64,000 nucleotides of DNA from Nitrospirota bacterium (GTDB taxonomy: Bacteria; Nitrospirota; Thermodesulfovibrionia; Thermodesulfovibrionales; UBA1546). Location of the stretch: the NCBI GenBank assembly GCA_016195565.1, contig JACPZK010000002.1:44422-108421 (forward strand), read 5' to 3'. Within the stretch, counting starts at the first letter, position 1. Every line of letters starts with the position of its first letter. Both the position numbers and the translations under genes were made by a program. The notes beneath the pieces are model-generated. The model did not search any database. It was given only the letters and a program-made list of their open reading frames with translations, and had not been told where the DNA came from. This document shows positions 10,457-19,150 of the stretch, piece after piece.

Positions 10457-11866
10457 ATGAGAATAGAAAAAAAATTCAATGTCATAAGCCTGATAATCAT
10501 TGCAGTTTTTGCGGCAGCATATGTTGCTTTTTACTTTCTTGCCCATCACTTGTTTGAAGGCACAACAGCGCTCATGCTATGCCTTGCCGGCTGTTTGGCT
10601 ATTGCGATAATTGCACTCATCTTCCTGAAGAAATATGTAACAAAGAACATCGTCCTGCCGCTTAAAAATATACATTCGGGCAGCTCAGCAATAATAACCG
10701 CAATCAATGAAGGAAATTTCAACAATAGGATTGATATTAAGACAGAAGATGAGTTTGAAGATCTTGCAGATAATTTTAACAGGATGTCCTCGGTATTGCA
10801 GACAAGAGAAGCAGCGCTTAAAGATGTATCAGAAAAGGAACAGAACGTCATACGGTCCCTTACAATGCTTTCTGAGATGATGGGATTCATAACCTCAGAA
10901 CTTAAATTTGAATCAATTCTCCAGACATTTCTTGAAATGACAAGAAGCCTCCTGAAGGCAGAGCACAGTGGAATTTTTATATTTGAAGGAGAATCAAAAA
11001 AGCTTAAACTTTTCAAGACTACAATTAAAGGAAATGCTCCCGTATCTCTTGACTGTGCCAGGGCAATGCTTGCAGGTCCTCTCGGAAAGGCAGCAAAAAC
11101 CTCATCCGTATTAAGGATAAATGAGGCTACAGCGGAATTTCCTCCTGATCATCCGGCTGTCAGAAATTTTATGGCTGTTCCGCTTCGCTCGTCAAAAAAT
11201 AAGATGTCGGCGCTCCTGGTCACAATAAACAAGAACGGCGGTTTCACTTTGGATGATGAAGACACGCTTTTCAGTTTTGCGTTTCAGGCTTTTCAGTCGC
11301 TGGTCCTTCATGAAGTGCTTGCGCGGCTTGCCGTAACAGACGGGCTTACCGGGCTATACAATCACAGGGCTTTTCAGGAAAAACTGTCTGAAGAAACAAA
11401 CAGGGCAGAGAGGTATTTCAAGACATTCTCCTTAATTATGCTTGACATCGACCATTTTAAGTCTTTCAATGACATTTACGGCCATCAGACAGGAGACCTT
11501 GCATTGGAAGAAATATCAAAGATTATAAGAAACGAATTAAGAACCGTTGATTTCCCTGCAAGGTACGGCGGGGAGGAGTTTATAATTATATTGCCTGAGA
11601 CAGGATGCGACGGCGCAGTGATTGTCGCAGAGAGGATAAGGCGCGCAGTAGCCGAGCATCAATTCATGTCAGAAAGCGGCGAAAGGCTATTGCTTACTAT
11701 AAGCGCGGGAGTAGCATGTTATCCTACTGACGCAGCTCTGGAAGAAGACCTGATAAAAAAAGTTGACAAGGCGCTGTATTTTGCAAAGGACCGCGGCAGA
11801 AATGTGGTCTGCACTTATCAGGAAACCATCTCAGGCATAATTAAAGAAATACCCGAAGAAATATAG
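10457..11866 (+). CDS. Membrane diguanylate cyclase (2TM-HAMP-GAF-GGDEF)
   Basis: HAMP DEFEDLADNFNRM, TDGLTGLYN, DIDHFK, RxxD I-site (RTVD) and RYGGEEF. Confidence 0.92.
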   Translation: MRIEKKFNVISLIIIAVFAAAYVAFYFLAHHLFEGTTALMLCLAGCLAIAIIALIFLKKYVTKNIVLPLKNIHSGSSAIITAINEGNFNNRIDIKTEDEFEDLADNFNRMSSVLQTREAALKDVSEKEQNVIRSLTMLSEMMGFITSELKFESILQTFLEMTRSLLKAEHSGIFIFEGESKKLKLFKTTIKGNAPVSLDCARAMLAGPLGKAAKTSSVLRINEATAEFPPDHPAVRNFMAVPLRSSKNKMSALLVTINKNGGFTLDDEDTLFSFAFQAFQSLVLHEVLARLAVTDGLTGLYNHRAFQEKLSEETNRAERYFKTFSLIMLDIDHFKSFNDIYGHQTGDLALEEISKIIRNELRTVDFPARYGGEEFIIILPETGCDGAVIVAERIRRAVAEHQFMSESGERLLLTISAGVACYPTDAALEEDLIKKVDKALYFAKDRGRNVVCTYQETISGIIKEIPEEI

Positions 11867-11953
11867 ACGCCATTCTTAAAGACCCGGGGCTGGGGGATTC
11901 TGAACAGCGGACCTCTCTTGACTAAAAACCCTTCTACAGGCTTAAATAAGAAT

Positions 11954-12709
11954 ATGAAAAAAATAAAGACAGCGCTTATGCTTATACCTCTGATATCCGT
12001 ATTATCGTGTTCGGGCAAGCCTGTGACAAAACCCGCAGAAGTATTTGACGGCCAGAAGTCCTTCGCAAAGGCAAATGAACTGATGGACAAGCAGGAGTAC
12101 GAAGAGGCCAGGACCGCGCTCCTTGAGATTAAAAACAGGGACCTGACAAAAAAGTATGCTCCGATGGCGCAGCTCAGGATTGCCGATTCGTATACAAAAG
12201 AAGCAGAGCCCGACCGTGCAGTTGAAGAATACAGAAAATTTATGGATATTTACCCTGAGCATAAATACGCATCCTATGCCCAGTTCCAGATAGCGATGAT
12301 TTATTTTAATCAGATAGAGGGGCCTGACCGCGGATACGGAGGAGCATCAAAGGCGCTTGAAGAATTTGAGAGGCTAAAGAGAATGTTCCCGAGAAATCCC
12401 TACAGGGATCTCATAGAGGTAAGGATTGAAAAATGCAAAAATACGATAGCGGAGCACGAATTTCTGGTTGGCACATTTTATTACAAAAAGGATTCTTACA
12501 GCGCCGCAATTAAAAGATTTCAGGGAGTGCTCCGGAAATTTCCGGAATTTAAAAAAGAGGCCGGCGTCCTGTATCATCTGGCAATGTCTCATAAAAAACT
12601 CGGGGAAAAAGACAAGGCAGAAGAATATTTTAAACTCCTCATAGAGAAGCATCCTAAAAACAGCCTTATCCCTCAGGCAAAGAAAGAGCTGTTATCCATT
12701 AAACCGTGA
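11954..12709 (+). CDS. bamD: Outer membrane assembly lipoprotein BamD (TPR)
   Basis: Lipobox VLSC, TPR repeats, AEHEFLVGTFYYKK...AAIKRF. Confidence 0.88.
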   Translation: MKKIKTALMLIPLISVLSCSGKPVTKPAEVFDGQKSFAKANELMDKQEYEEARTALLEIKNRDLTKKYAPMAQLRIADSYTKEAEPDRAVEEYRKFMDIYPEHKYASYAQFQIAMIYFNQIEGPDRGYGGASKALEEFERLKRMFPRNPYRDLIEVRIEKCKNTIAEHEFLVGTFYYKKDSYSAAIKRFQGVLRKFPEFKKEAGVLYHLAMSHKKLGEKDKAEEYFKLLIEKHPKNSLIPQAKKELLSIKP

Positions 12710-13365
12710 AGCGTAAAGCGTTAAGCGTTAAGCGCAAATCAAATCCGGAACTCTCATCGTCTGCTACGCCTCACGCCTCACGCCTCACGCCTGTTTACTA
12801 TCCAGTATTGCTGAATCTTAAAGGCAAGAAAGTCATAGTTGCCGGCGGGGGCAGGGTAGCGGAAAGGAAGGCGCTGCCGCTGCTCAAGTCCGGCGCAAAG
12901 ATAACAGTAATAAGCCCTGAATGCACAGGGAGGCTTAAAAAGGAGCACCTGCGAGGACACATAAAATATATCCCCCGCAGATATAAAAAGTGCGACCTTA
13001 AAAATGCATTCCTCGTCATAGCTGCTACAGACTCTAACGAAACAAACAGGAAAATCTCAGAGGACGCCCCATATCTTGTAAATGTCGTTGATAAACCTTT
13101 GCTCTGCAATTTTATAGTGCCGTCTGTCGTAAGGCGGGGCCCATTAACGATTGCTGTCTCAACATCAGGCATAAGCCCTTCCCTTGCAAGAACTATCAGG
13201 AAAGAGCTTGAAGGGATATACGGACGCGGACATGAATTTGAAAAGCATCTGAACTATATTAAAAAAATGCGTGTAAAGGCTTTATCCGGGATTAAGAACA
13301 ACAAGGAAAGGATAAAATTTTTGAGAGGGCTGTCATTGAACGCATGGAAAAAACTGCGTTCATAA
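12706..13365 (+). CDS. Precorrin-2 dehydrogenase/sirohydrochlorin ferrochelatase (SirC/CysG N-domain)
   Basis: GGGRVAERK, VIAATD, VNVVDKP..CNFIVPS and AVSTSGISP motifs; N-terminus built from heptamer repeats. Confidence 0.9.
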   Translation: MKRKALSVKRKSNPELSSSATPHASRLTPVYYPVLLNLKGKKVIVAGGGRVAERKALPLLKSGAKITVISPECTGRLKKEHLRGHIKYIPRRYKKCDLKNAFLVIAATDSNETNRKISEDAPYLVNVVDKPLLCNFIVPSVVRRGPLTIAVSTSGISPSLARTIRKELEGIYGRGHEFEKHLNYIKKMRVKALSGIKNNKERIKFLRGLSLNAWKKLRS

Positions 13366-13386
13366 TTTTTACAGCCCTGCAATTAC

Positions 13387-13522
13387 TAATACAAACTCAA
13401 TAAATACTTTTAGATTGTCATTGCGAGCGACCAACGGGAGCGAAGCAATCTTACTTGTAGCTATGAGATTGCTTCGTCGTTTCACTCCTCGCAATGACAC
13501 CTTACTTATTGCGTTTGTATTA
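13387..13522. mobile_element. MITE-like composite: 17-bp outer inverted repeat around a GTCATTGCGAG...CTCGCAATGAC palindrome (13417-13498)
   Basis: taatacaaactcaataa / ttattgcgtttgtatta (1 mismatch); near-copy in opposite orientation at 40306-40412. Confidence 0.75.
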
Positions 13523-13546
13523 ATGCGGTCATTAGTAATATCCCTT

Positions 13547-15112
13547 TCACGAACGGCCTATAAACTCTCTTAGCCATTGGTTTCTTGAAGGATGCCTTAG
13601 TTTCCGGATTGCGCCTACCTCTATCTGTCTTATCCTCTCCCGCGTAACTTCAAATTCTTTCCCTACTTCTTCGAGCGTTTGAGGCGCTGTGTCGTCTCCT
13701 ATACCGAACCTTTTCCTTAAAATTTTCTGTTCCTTTTCATTGAGAGTGCAGAGAGTTTTGTCTATCTGAGCCTTCAGGTCCTTTTGTATTGCCGCATCGA
13801 GGGGAGACAACGCAGTTTTATCCTCAATAAAATCACTGAGATAGCTGTCTTCATCGTCTCCTATAGGGGTTTCAAGCGATACAGGTTCTCTTGCCACCTT
13901 TAATATACTCCTGACTTTTTCCGCCGGCAACTCCACCTTGTAAGCAATTTCCTCTGTAACAGGCTCTCTTCCAAGTTCCTGTACCAGTTCTCTTGTTGTC
14001 TTTGTTATGCGGTTTATAGTCTCAACCATATGAACCGGGATTCTTATTGTCCGCGACTGGTCTGCAATCGCTCTCGTAACCGCCTGTCTTATCCACCATG
14101 TTGCATAAGTGCTGAATTTGTATCCTCTTTGGTATTCAAACTTATCACACGCCCTCATTAAGCCTATATTGCCCTCCTGTATCAGGTCAGAAAAGCTCAA
14201 CCCTTTACCCATGTATTTTTTTGCTATGCTGATAACAAGTCTCAGGTTCGCTTCTATAAGCGCTTTCTTAGCCTCAAGAATTTGCTGTTCCCCTTCCATT
14301 AGAAGCTTCAGCGTCTTTTTTGTCTCTTCCGCCTTAATGCCGAGCGCTTCTTCTTTTTTTGCCAGCTCTTCCCTGCATTCATTGTAGGCGTTAATTAGAG
14401 CTCCGGAGCCGCCCTTCAGGTTTTTCTTCGCCTTTATATCTTTGCCTATATCAGCATTAATGCCGTTCTGTCTGAGCTTTTTTCTGACAGCTGACAGCTT
14501 TTTGTCTGTTTCTTCAATGCCGGAAATTGCATTTTTTATTTCCTCGGAAAAAGCAATCACTGCACCTTCTTTTAACCTCAGCTTATCTATATTGTCCAGT
14601 ATTTTAGTCGTATTATCCCCAAGCATACGACCCGCTTTTTCCCCTCCCAAACTGCCTTCAGCTTCAAGCCTTTTTAGGCACGCCTCTCTCTTTTCATGCA
14701 GTTTCTTTATCTGAGCTGTTACATTAAAGAATATCTTCCTTTCAGCAGAAAGGTTTTCTTCGAATGCCTCCTCGCCGTCCTGTATTATTTCTGCCAGCGG
14801 CGCATTGCCTTTTTCAATCAGCTCTCCCAATTCGATCAGTTTCTTGACTGTAAACGGCAGGGCAAAAATAATCTCAGCTACTTTCCTTCTGCCGCTTTCA
14901 ATTCTTTTTGCTATCTCAACTTCCCCCGCTTTTGTGAGAAGGGGGACACTGCTCATCTCTTTCAAATATATCTTTACAGGATCATATTCCATATCCTGAA
15001 GGAGAGGCTTTTCTCTCGCCTCTTCTACTGCCTCGTCTTCCAGAGCATCCTCCAGTAAAGAAAGCCTTTCCCTGTCTTCGTCCCCTTCAAAATACTCAGG
15101 CTGTTCTCTCAT
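13547..15112 (-). CDS. rpoD: RNA polymerase sigma-70 factor (RpoD-type)
   Basis: [10 protein letters not shown] (1.2), [24 protein letters not shown] and [20 protein letters not shown]; follows dnaG. Confidence 0.9.
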   Translation of the reverse strand: MREQPEYFEGDEDRERLSLLEDALEDEAVEEAREKPLLQDMEYDPVKIYLKEMSSVPLLTKAGEVEIAKRIESGRRKVAEIIFALPFTVKKLIELGELIEKGNAPLAEIIQDGEEAFEENLSAERKIFFNVTAQIKKLHEKREACLKRLEAEGSLGGEKAGRMLGDNTTKILDNIDKLRLKEGAVIAFSEEIKNAISGIEETDKKLSAVRKKLRQNGINADIGKDIKAKKNLKGGSGALINAYNECREELAKKEEALGIKAEETKKTLKLLMEGEQQILEAKKALIEANLRLVISIAKKYMGKGLSFSDLIQEGNIGLMRACDKFEYQRGYKFSTYATWWIRQAVTRAIADQSRTIRIPVHMVETINRITKTTRELVQELGREPVTEEIAYKVELPAEKVRSILKVAREPVSLETPIGDDEDSYLSDFIEDKTALSPLDAAIQKDLKAQIDKTLCTLNEKEQKILRKRFGIGDDTAPQTLEEVGKEFEVTRERIRQIEVGAIRKLRHPSRNQWLREFIGRS

Positions 15113-16784
15113 CTTTTCTCCTTGTTATTTTTTGTTTTTCCGCTAAGAGACTGCTCAGAAGCCGTAAATCACCCGCGGTCTTAGCGTCCCTTATTCTTTC
15201 TTCTATTTCGCAGTGCGCCATCTTTCTCAGGCAATCCCTTATATTATTATCAACATGTTCGATATCAAACCCGGGATTAAGCGACAGCCTTGTGATAACC
15301 GCCTTTCCTTCATCATTTAGAATACCGAGCATTGTATTCATATTCAACCTTTCGGCTGAAGGTTTAATTTCCTGAAAAATCTGTCTTACTGCGGGACTGC
15401 ACACTCTTTCAATGTTGAGCTTATCAAAAATATACGGCGCCCTGTCAGGGAATGCGACTATAGCGCTAAGAAGCAAAACTTCCTCATCGTACAGGAAACC
15501 AGCAGTTTTTGCCGCAGCAGGCGCTCTGCCGATACCTGCTCTTTGCTCATACCTTTTAGTCTCCCCTCTGAGAACAGCTTCCCGTATCCCTGACTTTTCC
15601 GATAATTCCTTGAACAGTTCTTCTCTCAGTATTAAATCCTTTGCATTGTCTATTATCCCGATAGCTGTCCTGACATTGTCTGGCTTATCTCCCTTCAATC
15701 TAAGAATAAAATCCACCATTGACTCTGCCTTTGACAGTTTAATCTGAAATGCGCGGCTTCCGTTTTTCCTGAGAAAACTGTCAGGGTCGTCTCCCTCGGG
15801 AAGAAGCAATACCTTGCTCCTGAATCCATGCTTATAGAGAATTGACAGCGACCGCTTCGCGGCTGCAATACCTGCCGCATCGCTGTCAAAAACCAGAAGA
15901 ACTTTCTTTGTAAACCTTCCAAGTTTCTGGAGATGTCCTGTTGTCAGCGCAGTGCCCAGAGGAGCAACCACATTCAGAAAGCCGTGCATGTAGCACATAA
16001 TTACATCAAGATACCCTTCAGCAATCATTGCATAACCTTTTTTCCGTATCTCATCCTTTGCAGCATTAAGTCCGTAAAGGGTTTCGCTCTTTTTAAACAG
16101 TAACGTCTCCGGAGAGTTGAGATATTTCGGCATTGAGTCATCAATAGCCCTTCCGCCAAAAGCGACAGCATCCCCCTGTATATTGAATATCGGGAACATA
16201 ATCCTGTTTCTAAAAACATCGTGCATTCCGCTTTCTCCGGTGAAGACAAGTCCTGATTGTGTGATGAGCGAATCATCAAACCCCTTGGCCCTCAAATGGT
16301 CATAAAGAACCTTTCTCCCCCTGTCCGCATACCCGATAGAGAATGTCTCAGTCATTTCTTGAGCCACTCCCCTCTTGTCAAGATACGCAAGAGCCGTCTT
16401 TGATTTTTTGAGATTCCCTGTAAATGCATTCAATGCCTCTTTCTGAATAACATAAAGCCTTTCTTTTCTTTCAGCCAGGCCGTCCTCAAACCTGTAGCCC
16501 GAAAGTTGTACGCCTGCCTTTTTGGCAAGCATCTTGAGCGCCTCCTGAAAATTAAGATTTTCATATTTCATAACAAAACCGAATATGTCTCCTCCTGCTC
16601 CGCACCCGAAACAATGGAATATCTGCTTGCTCTGGCTTACCATGAACGAAGGGGTTTTTTCTGCATGGAAAGGGCAGTTCGCCTTATAGTTCTGTCCTGC
16701 CTTTTTGAGTTCTATATAATCCGAAACGAGTTCTACTATATCCAGCCGTGATTTTATATCCTCAAGGATTCTGTCTGTTTTCAT
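15096..16784 (-). CDS. dnaG: DNA primase
   Basis: CPFH..CFGC zinc finger, [13 protein letters not shown] and FDSDAAG TOPRIM motifs. Confidence 0.97.
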   Translation of the reverse strand: MKTDRILEDIKSRLDIVELVSDYIELKKAGQNYKANCPFHAEKTPSFMVSQSKQIFHCFGCGAGGDIFGFVMKYENLNFQEALKMLAKKAGVQLSGYRFEDGLAERKERLYVIQKEALNAFTGNLKKSKTALAYLDKRGVAQEMTETFSIGYADRGRKVLYDHLRAKGFDDSLITQSGLVFTGESGMHDVFRNRIMFPIFNIQGDAVAFGGRAIDDSMPKYLNSPETLLFKKSETLYGLNAAKDEIRKKGYAMIAEGYLDVIMCYMHGFLNVVAPLGTALTTGHLQKLGRFTKKVLLVFDSDAAGIAAAKRSLSILYKHGFRSKVLLLPEGDDPDSFLRKNGSRAFQIKLSKAESMVDFILRLKGDKPDNVRTAIGIIDNAKDLILREELFKELSEKSGIREAVLRGETKRYEQRAGIGRAPAAAKTAGFLYDEEVLLLSAIVAFPDRAPYIFDKLNIERVCSPAVRQIFQEIKPSAERLNMNTMLGILNDEGKAVITRLSLNPGFDIEHVDNNIRDCLRKMAHCEIEERIRDAKTAGDLRLLSSLLAEKQKITRRKDERTA

Positions 16785-16810
16785 AAATTATAGTCCCCAG
16801 ACGACTATTA

Positions 16811-17096
16811 CAGGGAGGATATGGTATTTGAGCGGTTTTTTTTGCCGATATTCCAATAGCCAACTAAAAATCACTCGGCAGTATTGATAAGCAGGGTTGT
16901 TTTGAGTGACTTTCGGGATTTTTCGGTAACGGTTCTTAACGAAATGCAGCGGCCACATCCTCGGCTGTCTGAGACCAAAGGTCGAGTTTCGAGGATGTAG
17001 CGGAATGAGTTTAGAACTGTCGAAAAATCTCGCAGGAAACGAAAGACAACCTTGCTTATCACAAATGGAATGAGCAAGAATGCTATATCCTCCCTG
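16811..17096 (+). other. Highly structured intergenic element (MITE or ncRNA candidate)
   Basis: Nested inverted repeats: 16811-16829/17078-17096, 16885-16903/17043-17061, 16914-16936/17013-17032, 16955-16964/16989-16998. Confidence 0.65.
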
Positions 17097-17122
17097 GATA
17101 TATTTTTTAAATAAATACATGA

Positions 17123-18082
17123 TTATTTAATTCTGCTGACTCTCTTAAAGCCTGAACACTCAAGAATCTCAAGCGATGAACTACGAGACAATTCATCCAG
17201 AAGCAAGTTAATGCCGACGTTATCGCTTGCAATATGCCCTGCAATAACAACATTGAGATGATTCTTCTCAGCTTCCTTACGGTGTTCTTCGCTGAGATGC
17301 ATAGCGACGATTGTGTTTACCCCGCCTGCTGTGAGGCTTTCAAATATTTCCTTTGAACCCTCTGTTCCGCCTGTCATGTCAACAAATATTTTGCCTGCCC
17401 TTCTGTTTTTAGAGCCGATTAATATCTTAGGGCCTGCGCCGTTAAAACTTGCCGTCCTGTATTCAGGTATGCCCTTCAAAGCCTCCATCACATCGGAAAC
17501 CCTGTAAGGTTTCTTTTCGTCAAAAAGCCTCTGCAGATAAGTTGCAACCATATTGTCAGCAGGGGTATGAAGGCATATGAACGGAACACCCAAAAGCTTT
17601 GCCGCATCAACCGCCCTTGTGTGGTTAACAGGCATAAGTTTTCTCTCAACCTCTTTTATCCTGCCCTCCATAAGGTCTTCAGCTATATTTATTGGCACTC
17701 CGAACCTATGCAATATGTCCGACTGCATTTGCATGACAGAATAGAGATTTGCGTATGCCCTGCCCTCAGGATGATGAGAGATTAGCAGGTCTACGCTCTT
17801 CCCTTTTGCCTTCAGGTTTTCGGCAAGCAATAACTCTCCGACCTCTATATCTATTCCGACAAGGGCGGATTTTATCTTTTCTTCGCCGGTGCCGTTTAAT
17901 ATCCTTGAATCAGAATACGGGTTTTCAAGTGTTTCGCTGTCAAAAAATTCTTTTTCGTCTTCCCTGAGTTTCTCAAAATCTTTTTTCCTTGCATCAAGTT
18001 CTTTCAGGACAGCATCTTTTCCGCGGGGGTCATTCTCAATGCCTGTGGATACAGCCTTTTTGTAGAGTTCATTAAGTGTCAT
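17123..18082 (-). CDS. NIF3-like (NGG1p-interacting factor) dinuclear metal protein
   Basis: SHHPEG, HTPADN and GHIASDNVG motifs. Confidence 0.8.
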   Translation of the reverse strand: MTLNELYKKAVSTGIENDPRGKDAVLKELDARKKDFEKLREDEKEFFDSETLENPYSDSRILNGTGEEKIKSALVGIDIEVGELLLAENLKAKGKSVDLLISHHPEGRAYANLYSVMQMQSDILHRFGVPINIAEDLMEGRIKEVERKLMPVNHTRAVDAAKLLGVPFICLHTPADNMVATYLQRLFDEKKPYRVSDVMEALKGIPEYRTASFNGAGPKILIGSKNRRAGKIFVDMTGGTEGSKEIFESLTAGGVNTIVAMHLSEEHRKEAEKNHLNVVIAGHIASDNVGINLLLDELSRSSSLEILECSGFKRVSRIK

Positions 18083-18220
18083 TTTTAATCCTTTTTATCG
18101 GAGATTGAATGGTTTATTCTATTTGTTGTCTTTTCTGTTTGTCAATCGCTCAACGAGAAAAATTTGAGCATTTATTTTATGCTACCACCGGCAGGGGTAA
18201 GTATGTTATATTATGTTGTC

Positions 18221-19000
18221 ATGCGTAAATATATTATTCTCATTTTTGTATTCGCTGCTGCATTTATGCTGAATGTGCCGCTGTCGTACGGAGGCGGCAA
18301 TGCTGACCATGACTGCACAAAATGCCATAAGCTATCCTTAGACGAAGCACAAAATATAGTTCAGGGAGGCATACCTGCTTCCAAGGTTCTTGAAATAAAC
18401 CCCGGCCCTGTCAAAGGTGTATGGGAGATAGTTTTTGAAGTAAGGGGGCAGAAGGGGATAGTCTATGTTGGCCTTTCAAAAGAACTTCTCATCTCAGGCG
18501 ACATATTTGACCTCAAGGCAAGAAATAATCTCACAGGCGAAAGACTTTCCAATCTCAATAGAATAGACGTATCAAAGATACCTCTTGACGGCGCTTTGGT
18601 AATGGGCGATGCAAACGCACCCAAGAAGGTGATTGTCTTTACAGACCCTGATTGACCATTCTGCGGAAAACTTCATCTGGAGATGAAGAAGGTTTTAGAG
18701 AAAAGAAAAGATATAGCATTTTATCTGAAGCTATTTCCTCTGGTAAAGCTGCATCCGAAGGCTTATGAAAAATCAATGACAATAGTATGCAAAAAGTCCT
18801 TAGAACTTCTGGAAGACAACTTTGACGGCAAAAAACTTCCTCCTCCTGAATGCAAAACCAAAGAGATAGATGAAAATCTAAAACTCGGAGAAAGTCTCGG
18901 TATCACAGGCACTCCTGCAATTATATTCCCTGACGGAAGTATCGTCCCCGGCGCAATGGCTGCCGATGCCTTAATCTCGCGGATTGACAGAAAACCTTAA
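18221..19000 (+). CDS. Exported DsbC-family thiol-disulfide oxidoreductase, selenoprotein (UGA at 18653-18655 = Sec, U-P-F-C), with N-terminal CxxCH
   Basis: Tracked ORFs 18164-18655 and 18683-19000 are one frame: FTDPD-TGA-PFCGKLHLEMKKV; signal peptide; GITGTP cis-Pro loop; downstream hairpin; selB in window. Confidence 0.9.
18671..18688 (+). promoter_or_regulatory. Candidate bacterial SECIS hairpin
   Basis: CTTCATC-TGGA-GATGAAG, perfect 7-bp stem with G-containing loop, starting 15 nt after the UGA. Confidence 0.75.
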
Positions 19001-19091
19001 ACAACAAAATATTTTCAAATAATTTTTTTGTCCGCCTCCTTTATGCACCCTATGTAATTAAGAGGGTATGAGTGTTCTATGTTTATTCGTG

Positions 19092-19120
19092 TTGACGCAA
19101 TGTGAAGTTTATGATAATCT
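19092..19120 (+). promoter_or_regulatory. Sigma70-type promoter candidate for the c-di-GMP/partner-switch operon
   Basis: TTGACG-17 nt-TAATCT with extended TG. Confidence 0.5.
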
Positions 19121-19150
19121 TTTGCTAACTTATTATGTGTCAGAGGAAAA

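Noticed and set aside
16788-17120. 110-aa and 68-aa ORFs upstream of dnaG
   Set aside because: They coincide with the palindromic element and lack protein-like features.
18164-19000. Split DsbC as a nonsense pseudogene or two genes
   Set aside because: The stop is TGA exactly at the catalytic Cys position, the halves are in frame, and a SECIS-like hairpin follows.
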